From contig NC_067400.1 of NCBI RefSeq assembly GCF_016432865.1, forward strand, positions 612,746,001 to 612,810,000: a stretch of 64,000 bases of DNA, in the 5' to 3' direction. The notes beneath the pieces were generated by a model. The model was not told the DNA's origin, did no database searches, and saw nothing but the letters and a program-made list of their open reading frames with translations. This document shows, in pieces, positions 13,658 to 22,400 of this stretch (positions are counted from its first letter, which is position 1; every line of letters starts with the position of its first letter). The DNA is from Antechinus flavipes (taxonomy: Eukaryota). The position numbers were made by a program, and so were the translations under genes.

Positions 13658-13887
13658 TATATATATATATATATTTTACCTCTGTGAATCAGAGGAACTT
13701 ACAACTGAGACTTGCCATCTAATATTTTTTAGATACTAGAATCTTGGGACGAAGAATAACAAGCCTGATCCATTTTGCAGCAGAATAGTCCTTTGAATGT
13801 TTGAGGACAGCTCTCACTTCCCCATACCGGCCTCCAAGTTTTCTCTTGTTCAGGCTAAATATGCCCAATCCCTTTCAAGCAAGAATC

Positions 13888-14070
13888 TACTGGTAGATAT
13901 TTAACAACTGCCTCTCCAAAAGAAAAAAAAAAAAAAACACACAAGACACACTTTTAAGTTTAATTTGTATTATTAATGTTGCCTCCAGCACTTTAAGTCT
14001 AGACTATCAATAAAATGATAAATTAAGCTCTAATTTGTAGCATTTGCCAACTTCCGAGGTTTAAGTGCTG
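13888..14070. mobile_element. hAT DNA transposon fragment, MER63-like
   Basis: GTAGATATTTAACAACTG...AAGTCTAGACTATCAATAAAATGATAAATTAAGCTCTAATTTGTAGCATTTGCCAACTTCCG resembles MER63 as I recall it. Confidence 0.5.
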
Positions 14071-14574
14071 CCAATTTAATTAACTGCAATGATGAGCTGA
14101 CTCCAGTCTAGTCTTGCTTCATTTGGGTACTGAGAGACTGGCAATGGGAACACAAAAATGGGAATTCCTCGGCCTTCCAGAGTGTAGCCAATGCCAAGGG
14201 CCAAGATTCTGAGGGCCCTTCGTGTGGGCCCCTAGATTAGTAAATTAGAACAGGGCCTGCCGATGGACTTTTGGAAACCAAGTGCTCTGTGACAGCCAAC
14301 AAAAACCAGGCAGGACAACTGAGGAGATTCCCGGGGAAGAAATCCAAGAACAGTCCCAGCTGGGGGGATAAGGGAGGGCAGAAGTGGCCTAAGCCAGATT
14401 AAAATGAAATTGGGAAATAGCTAATAAAATAAAATAAAAAATACAATGATACATAATGTTAAAATATGGTTTTCTAAGACAATATGAAGCCTCCATGGAT
14501 CCTGGGATGGTTTCTATATGAGATTGTGACCAATTGGCCAGAATGTCCCCTAGAAAGAGGGCTCACACTCCATC

Positions 14575-14775
14575 CGTTTGTTATCGTTGTACAATCATGT
14601 GGGACTTTTCACAATCACATTTGGGGTTTTCTGCCCAGAGTCCTGGGGTGGTCGGCCATTTTCCTTTTCCAGCTCATTTTACAGATGAGGAAACTGAGGC
14701 AAACGGGATGAAGTGACTTACCCAGAGTCACACAGTTAGTAAGTGTCTAAGGTCAGAATTTGAATTCCAAGCCAA
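14575..14775 (-). mobile_element. CORE-SINE, Mar1-like
   Basis: CATTTTACAGATGAGGAAACTGAGGC...GTGACTTACCCAGAGTCACACAG. Confidence 0.75.
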
Positions 14776-15452
14776 AAAAAAAAAAAAAAGAAAAAATGGC
14801 TCTACTTACTTAGTCATCTAACTGCCTAGAAAAATGGTGTTTCCTGGCCACAGAAGAAGGGAAGAACCTAATTCCTTTAGCTATCATTACTATCATTCTT
14901 ATTATCCCCATTTTGTAGTTAATCATAGAAAATTTGTAAATCTTTACCTTACATTGGATTATGGCACAAGTGAATGAAAATGACGGCCTTTTGTAACTGA
15001 CTCCAAGGATGGGGTGGAAGTACTTGGCCTTTAGGCTGCCTGCCCCTGGGCCCATCGTCCTCCTGTGCAGCGCCCCGGGGTCCGAGGCAGCAGGAGGAGC
15101 GTTGTGTCAGGGCCAGGCTCCCAGAGCCTCCCACGAGGATACCTGCGTCCTCCAGCCTTCGCCCCCATAAAGCACCTTTCCTGCTTAGAGCTTCCAAGCC
15201 CAGCTCTCCTAAATCTCACAGGATTAACAACTGTAAGGAGCCAGAGGGTCTAACCCCTTTGTTATACAGACAGGGAAACTGAGGCTCCGGGAGGAAATCG
15301 CCAGGCCCACAGTAAGAGGCCGGAGCTGGGATCCCTGAACGCCACGTCCTGTTCCCCTTCCGCGTACATCCCGTACTGCCTCTCTCCCCGCTTTAAATAA
15401 AGACAGACAGAAGGTAAAAGGCGCACACTTGTTACATCTCTCCCCCACGGTG

Positions 15453-15520
15453 CCCAGCAGCCATCAAGGAAGGACCCAGCTTCTGAGGTATTTTCCATCT
15501 TTCCTGTCATTAAGCTGGAG
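15453..15520 (-). promoter_or_regulatory. SECIS element (form 2-like) in the 3' UTR of the selenoprotein gene
   Basis: Minus strand CUCCAGCUUA-AUGA-CAGGAAAGAUGG-AAAA-UACCUCAGAAGCUGGGUCCUUCCU-UGAU-GGCUGCUGGG. AUGA at 15510-15507, unpaired AAAA 11 nt after the UGAC quartet, 3' GA at 15465-15464. Helix II (AGGAAAGAU with GUCCUUCCU) and helix I (CUCCAGC with GCUGGG) pair by hand. Confidence 0.85.
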
Positions 15521-15704
15521 CCGGGAGGGGGGGGGGGGGGGGAAGGACTTGAGAGGAGGAAGATGGAAAAAGATAACCTGATAGGAAGTTGAGCAGGAGA
15601 TAACATTCCCAGGCTCCTCTCACCCCTGTTCCCCAGGGTTCGAGTCCTGTGGGGTTGGGTGGGGGGAGCCTTCCATCCTCATCTTCATCTGTTCAGCTGT
15701 GAAG

Positions 15705-18009
15705 TTACAAGTCTTTCAGCACTTCCTGGATCTGAGCCACGACTTTGACCAGTTTGGGCTCATTGAAGTAACCATCCAGAAACCCATCTCCTCCCTGGGA
15801 AAGCAAGAGGAACAGCCTCCTGAAAGCTCCCCCAGATCGGCCTTCCCCGGCCTCAGCCCCCCACCCCCAGCCCTCCCACTGCTTCCGCCGGGAATAAAAA
15901 ATAATCCTAAAAACTCCCATTTAAAATTCGTAAAGCATTTACCCCCTAGCAGCACCGGGGAATTAGTATAGTATCATCTCCGTTTTCCAAATTAGGAAAT
16001 CGAGTCCGGGAGATGTGAAGGGCTTGTCTTGGGTCACGCTTTGTGGCCCAGCTGGAAAGTCAAACCCGCGCCCTTTGACTCCCGAGCCAGAGACTTTCCA
16101 GATCCAGTCTCACCTTTTTAGAATGCACCAGCTTGCCCGCCACAAAGACCTCAAAATCCTCACAGGGCTGGGGTAACTGCTCTTCCACCTAAGTCAGAGA
16201 CGGGGACGGGGCTCAGGGCTGCAGTGCCCCCCCCCCAGCTGCCCGTGGTGTGCCCGACAGACCCCCACCACGGAGGGAAGGGGATGGCCTCCGCCAGCCT
16301 GGGAGGGGTCTACTCACAAAGACAAGGCGTGAGGGGAAAATTTCATTCAGCTGCTTCTTCAGTCTCTTGAACTAGAAATGGGGAAGAGGGATCAGCGGGA
16401 GAGGGGGGGAGCCTCTGCCTCCTCCAAAGGGCCTCAGATAGGATCTTCTTCTCCCCCTCCTCCACTCCCCCCACCCATTTCCCAGGAGAAAACTCACTCA
16501 CCCGAAAATGGTAACTTCAGGAGTTGCTGGAACAGATGCAGAGACAGATTCAAAGACATAAAGGCAGACTCAGACAGGAGAGTCCCCGCGCAAAGATACA
16601 GCCAAGGGGGGCAGAGATGTTCCCCAGGTTGGGGGAGAAGAGACACAGATAGACGGGAAACACCCGAGATGGAGGAGAAAGAAAGAAGAAATAGACATTG
16701 ATAGAANNNNNNNNNNNNNNNNNNNNNNNNNNNNNNNNNNNNNNNNNNNNNNNNNNNNNNNNNNNNNNNNNNNNNNNNNNNNNNNNNNNNNNNNNNNNNN
16801 NNNNNNNNNNNNNNNNNNNNNNNNNNNNNNNNNNNNNNNNNNNNNNNNNNNNNNNNNNNNNNNNNNNNNNNNNNNNNNNNNNNNNNNNNNNNNNNNNNNN
16901 NNNNNNNNNNNNNNNNNNNNNNNNNNNNNNNNNNNNNNNNNNNNNNNNNNNNNNNNNNNNNNNNNNNNNNNNNNNNNNNNNNNNNNNNNNNNNNNNNNNN
17001 NNNGGCAGAGATAAAGTTATCAATAAACAATAAATCAAAAAATCAGACTCATTTATATGTCACCCTTTCCCCCGTTTAATAAATAGAGACCAGTTACTTT
17101 ATAGATTTGCAATCATTATAAATATATTATTGGATTCAACCTTTACAACAACCCAGTGAAGTGTGAAACAGATGCTAGTGTTAAACTCCTCATTCTCAAA
17201 AAGGGGAAACTGAGTCTCTGAGAACTTGTTAACGAGATAGCGTAGGCAGCGAGAGTCGGGAAGGGGATTCCAGCTCCCCACGCTCNNNNNNNNNNNNNNN
17301 NNNNNNNNNNNNNNNNNNNNNNNNNNNNNNNNNNNNNNNNNNNNNNNNNNNNNNNNNNNNNNNNNNNNNNNNNNNNNNNNNNNNNNNNNNNNNNNNNNNN
17401 NNNNNNNNNNNNNNNNNNNNNNNNNNNNNNNNNNNNNNNNNNNNNNNNNNNNNNNNNNNNNNNNNNNNNNNNNNNNNNNNNNNNNNNNNNNNNNNNNNNN
17501 NNNNNNNNNNNNNNNNNNNNNNNNNNNNNNNNNNNNNNNNNNNNNNNNNNNNNNNNNNNNNNNNNNNNNNNNNNNNNNNNNNNNNNNNNNNNNNNNNNNN
17601 NNNNNNNNNNNNNNNNNNNNNNNNNNNNNNNNNNNNNNNNNNNNNNNNGAATCCCAGCCCCGGCCGGCGAGCCAAGCGCGCCCGCACCCGTCCCTGCCCG
17701 GAGAAAGTCCCTCCTGACCCGGGACTGGAACTTTGCCTCGCGCTGAGCCCCGGGTGGGGACCCTGAGGCAGAGAGAGGAATAAGGAGCGCGGGGGAGTCC
17801 GAGAGAGGGGCCAAGGGCTCTAGCGCATCTTCCTCCGCCCCGCGGGACACGGGGAGCCCCCTGCGCCTGCCCGCAGTTCGGCCCCCGGCTGGGAGGCGGG
17901 GCCGGAGCCTCGTTTACCCGAAAGCCACCCGGATCTGGATTTGAGCGAGCGGTTCGGGTTCGCTGAGGGGGGGGCCCGGGCCTCCGGGCTTGCAGGGATC
18001 GGTTTCCAT
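15705..18009 (-). CDS. SELENOV: SELENOV/SELENOW-family (Rdx thioredoxin-like) selenoprotein, 5 coding exons, 111 aa (143 aa if the in-frame ATG at 18105 is used)
   Basis: Exons 18009-17918 (92 nt, gccATGG start), 16526-16502 (25 nt, in-frame TGA at 16519-16517), 16371-16318 (54), 16188-16114 (75), 15794-15705 (90, TAA). All GT-AG with compatible phases; 25/54/75 are the SELENOW/V internal exon sizes. Protein: METDPCKPGGPGPPLSEPEPLAQIQIRVAFGNSUSYHFRFKRLKKQLNEIFPSRLVFVEEQLPQPCEDFEVFVAGKLVHSKKGGDGFLDGYFNEPKLVKVVAQIQEVLKDL. USYxxR, FEVFVxGxLVHSKK and GDGF are SELENOV-like, and the position 3' of DLL3 on the same strand matches human SELENOV. Exon 1 is less certain because two gaps lie in intron 1. 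Confidence 0.88.
16707..17003. other. Assembly gap (N run)
   Basis: 297 N. Confidence 1.
17286..17648. other. Assembly gap (N run)
   Basis: 363 N. Confidence 1.
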
Positions 18010-18340
18010 GGCCCCGGGGGACGGCGTCGCCCTTCTGACAGCGCCCGCCCGCCCCGCCGCCTCCGTTCCGACTCGGGATTCGCTCACAAGAGGGAACGGT
18101 TCCATCTCTGTTCGGCTGCACTCGCCGCCCCAAGGGAGCTGGAGGGGGCTCCCGGCCAGTCCCGCCCGCCAAGGGGACCCCTCCAGCCCGCTGGGAATCA
18201 CGGGACCGCGGACGGGGAATTAAGAGGGACTTCGGCCCATTATTTTGGAGGTTAAGAAAGAGACCTCAAAGGGGACAAATCCTCGCGGGAGGCTCTCCAG
18301 GTAATACCTGCCGGGGGCTGGACCGCGACCCAAGCCCCAG
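17650..18340. promoter_or_regulatory. CpG island / promoter and first exon of the SELENOV-like gene
   Basis: CpG-dense, GC-rich segment containing the ATGs at 18009 and 18105 and GC boxes. Confidence 0.65.
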
Positions 18341-19454
18341 GATGCCCTTCTACAGTATTACTTTGACTCAGGACTCCCCCTCCCCCAATTCTCTGTGTTC
18401 TCTATCTCTCTCGGTATCAGTCTTTCTCTCTCTCTCGGTGTCTCTGTCTCTGTCTGTATCTTTGCCTCTCTCATTTCCCTCCTCCAAGATGGTCTCAGAA
18501 TCCCCAATCTCCAAACAGCAGCTAGGCAGAGGAGGGAGAAGGGATTAAAGACTGTGGAAGCTGGGAATGGCAAAGGATTTTTAAGGATATTTCATAAGAA
18601 CCCTATAAAACCATTTATTATTATTAGAATCCAAATGAATCCTCTCTTCCTCAAACCTGGATGCAGCCATTGGAGGAGGGGAGTTTTGGACCCTTGGAGC
18701 CCAAACTAGAACCCAAGCTTTCTGGAAAGACTGGAGATGAGGAATAAAGGAAGCATCAGGGGAAGTGGGGGGAACTTTTAGCAGATGGCCTGTTCTCCCT
18801 CCATGTCTGGGTGGTCCTGCCTCAAACCCCCTTGCATAGAGCTACAGTCAGTGTCAGGGGCTGAAGAAAACCTCAGGCCCGCTTTCTGGCCTCCTGCCTT
18901 TGGCCCACCTTTTCCAGGACGCTGCCGCCCCACACCCCCCGAGATTCTCCAGAACCAGTGTGGCGGCAAGGGGATGGTGTTGGGATTTCTAAATCTTCTG
19001 TCCCCCTTTCTCCCATTTCCCACTGAGTGCCATTAGTCTCCACCTCTCCCAAGCCCGGACCGAGAAGTCTGCCCTAGCGGGATCCTGGGGCCACGACCAA
19101 TAAATAAATACTGAGTAGAATAAAAATCATTCACATATGAATCCGGAGAGATGAGGAAGGGGAACTGTTGTAAATATTCTTTTTACACAAGTCAGAGCGG
19201 GAGGTGAGGTCCTTGACTCCCCCCAATCCAGAACTCCTGAGTTGATCGGGAAGAGGCGCCCCGAAGTGGGCTATCAGGGCAGCTCCCTTTCTCCAGGTGA
19301 CTTTTCCTGCCTGCTGCAGGCCTCGGTTTCCTCCTCCCTTGAGTGTGCCGGGAGGAAGAGGGGAAATGTCTGCACAAACAGCAGCAGCGGAATAAATATG
19401 TTAATGTCTCTGTCTACGAGGAATCTTGAGTGTGAAGTCCATGGAAAGGTTGAG

Positions 19455-22400
19455 TCAGACCTAGAACAAAATGAGAAGCCTGGAGCGGTCGTGGAGGAGA
19501 CCCCGGCTTGTGTCCTCCCCCTCCTGAACCACCCATTTTCCAAAGGAGGAGAAAAAGAGCTTCAGCCTTTTCCCCTTCTTCCCCCGCCCCAGACAAGTAA
19601 AAGGGGGAAACCAGAGGCTGAGGGCAGCTAGGAGAGAATCGGAGGGTGGAGTCTCGAAGGGAGGGAAATGGGAGGACACTGACCTCTCTGCCACAGAGGG
19701 AGCAGTCTGGGATGACGTAAATGGGTCGGGGATCTCTGTCCTCGGGAAAGCACCAATCTTCAGCCCTGACGGGGAAGAAAATGGGGTTGGAGGGAGGAGG
19801 GCCCCAGGCTCACCCCGCGACTGAGAAGGCGCCCTCAGAAATTGTGGGATAACTCCCTGGAAGCTCGAAGGGGCCCTTCAAGCCCCGGATCCACTTCCTC
19901 CTAACCCCGCAAGCCTTTTCTTTCCCCTAATCCTCTAACCCGATGCCCAGCTGTTCCCCGGCCCAGCAAAGAAACCCGACGGGAGAACTAAGCGATGGGC
20001 CCCGCCCCACCCGTCCGAGAGAATGGGCGGAAGGGGAGAAGACTTAGTCACCTCATCCCCGACGGGTACTCCAGCAGTCGCTGCGTCCGCTCGCACTTGG
20101 GCGCTTTCAAGTTGCCGGGACCCTGAAAAAGGGGCGCCGAGGAGCCGCCGTCGTGAGCCCGGAGATTGTTGAGTGCGTCCGCTGGAGGCGGGGGTGGCGG
20201 GACGGGGTCCGGGGAGGAAGGAAGGGGCCGCGCCCCCGGACTCCGCCGCCGGGCCCGGGCTCTGACCAGGAGGGCGGCGCCTCCCGCCACGATAGCCAGC
20301 AGTAGCACCAGAGCGAAGGGAAGCCCCAAGGCGGGGGGCAGGGGCACGTGCCTGCGTCGGGCCGCCTCTGGGGGCCCGTGGTGGGGTCCGGGCGGGGGCG
20401 GGGCGGGAGCAGGCGGGAGCTCCGAGCCCTCTCCGTCCGCCGGTCCGGGATTCACGGGGAACTCACAGCGCGCGCCCATGTAGCCCGGCGCACAGGAGCA
20501 GACGTGGCCGGAGAAGTGCGCGTAGCAGCGGCCACCGTGCGCGCAAGGCTGGGGATCGCAGGGGTCTGCGCGCTCCCGACAGTCGCGGCCCCCAAAGCCC
20601 AGCGTGCACGAGCAGCGGAAGCTGTGCGCGCCGTCCACGCACGTGCCCCCGTTGGCGCAGGGCCGTCCGGCGCAGTCGTCCAGGTCGCGCTCACAGCGCG
20701 GGCCCCCGTAGCCGGGCCTGCACCGGCACAGCACGGCCCGGCCCAGGTCCAGGCAAACGCCACCTGCCAGGGAAAAAGCCCCGCGCGTCACGGCCCCTGC
20801 TCGGCCCGGCGGAGCCTCCTCAGCCCGGCCGTCCCTTAGGGCGCCACGCTGGAGAAGCCCAGATCTCACACCGGGAGACTGGGATCCGAGTGGGAGAGAC
20901 CTCCGAGGGCGCGCGGTCCCTTCTCCTCAGCATGATTTTCTCTTCCAGATCCCGTCCCTCTCTGCCCTCCTTTCCCGCCTCCAGCTACGCCCCCTCGATC
21001 CCCCGTCGCTGCTCACGGCTTGGTCTTCCCCAACCCTGCTCTCCCTCTCCCTCCTCTTGGCTCCCCAATAAAGGAAAGAGCGAAGGACTCTGGTTTCTAG
21101 GTCCTTCTGCCGCTGCCCCTGGCCTCCTGGTCCCTTTGCCCCAGACCTCCCGCCCACGGCGCAATGGGAAGATTTGAAGGGCCTGGATTCGAGTCCAAAC
21201 CACCCCTGACCTTCGGAAACTGACTCAACTCAAGCTCTCGGGGCCTGTTTTTTCCCTCTGACTTCTCATGGGACCAAATCGTTTCCAGTTTTAAGCCTAT
21301 CTATCACCCAGGTATCTTTGGGCCTCAGTTTCCACTTTATTAGACGAGAGTAATGGGCTGCACCATCTTGAAGACTCACCGTTGCGACAAGGCTGGAGGC
21401 TGCAGCGATCCATCTTCTTCTCACAGTTGGACCCATGGAAGCCTGGTGGGCAGCGGCAGGTGTAACCAGCAGGGGTTCCGCCATCCACACAGGTGCCCCC
21501 ATTGAAGCAGGGCCCATCAGCGCACGTCATCCCGATGACCTCACATCGTTTCCCATAGAAGCCCCGTGGACATGTACATTCGAAGTCCCCGGCCACCTCC
21601 TGGAAGCGGAAGGGGTGGGGGTGAAATCTTGGCCCTGCTACCTATTATTATCTTCCCTCTTCTGAGTCTCAGTTTCCTCATCTGTAAAATGAGGGGACTG
21701 AATAGATCCCTAATTGATCCCTTGTCCATTGCCCACCCAAGGGCATCTCCCTGTTTCCCTCCCGTCCTCCTTCATTCATCTTCCACATTTCTACCAGAAA
21801 AATCTTCCTAAAGCACAGCTCTGGTACTGAATGGCTCTTCTCTGCTCAGAAAACTTCAGGGACTTCCTCTTGCCTCTAGGATAACTCCTCAACCTGGCAC
21901 TTCCCTCTCTTCCTAAGCTGAGATGCTGCTCCTTGAGGCATCTTTCTAAATATTTCCTTTTATGGAGTTTCCTTCTAGATGCTGCCCTTCATGGTATCTT
22001 TCTAGATACTTAAGAAATTCGGGACTCAAAACCAACTGAACTTGTGACTTTTCCCTAAACTCGAAGTCGCATCCCACCTCCACCTGGGAATTCGCTTCCG
22101 ATTCTCACCTCTCCAGGTCTGTCTTGTCTTCTGTCAAGTCTCAGCTGAGGTATTGCCAGCTGCTTTAAATCCTCCCCAGCCCACTTCCCACTCCCCTTCC
22201 TTGCTAGTGCTTCCCTCCTGCTCCACCTCTCTCCAGGTGACTTATTCCTATACCTTTTCCCTCCCGTGTAAACCCCTCAAGGGACTTTAATTTTTGTCTT
22301 TGTCTTCCCAGAGCATAGCACAGTGACCTGCATCCTGTGGGTGCTCACAGTGACTTGGATCCTGTGGGTGCTGAATTAAACTGAGTCTAAGCACCATTCC

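Noticed and set aside
1-14800. Further genes (EID2, LGALS-type) expected beyond SELENOV in placentals
   Set aside because: Only repeat remnants were recognisable; no exons found.
17719-17762. Strong acceptor at 17762 with donor CGG|GTCAGG, encoding ...AKFQSR, superficially like the Sec exon
   Set aside because: At 44 nt it breaks the frame and has no TGA. The 25-nt exon at 16526-16502 fits size, phase and motif. It could still be a poison exon, but I have no evidence for that.
16494-18172. ORFs of 111-357 aa spanning N runs
   Set aside because: Artefacts of translating through assembly gaps.
19274-19460. Long open frame (RSDSTFPW...) as DLL3 exon 8
   Set aside because: Exon 19765-19684 matches the DLL3 DW..PED....IYVI motif, and 19460 then serves as the V-stop last exon.
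22319-22372. 27-bp tandem duplication in DLL3 intron 5, and small repeats at about 10020-10055 and 11826-11870
   Set aside because: Ordinary slippage duplications with no sign of function.
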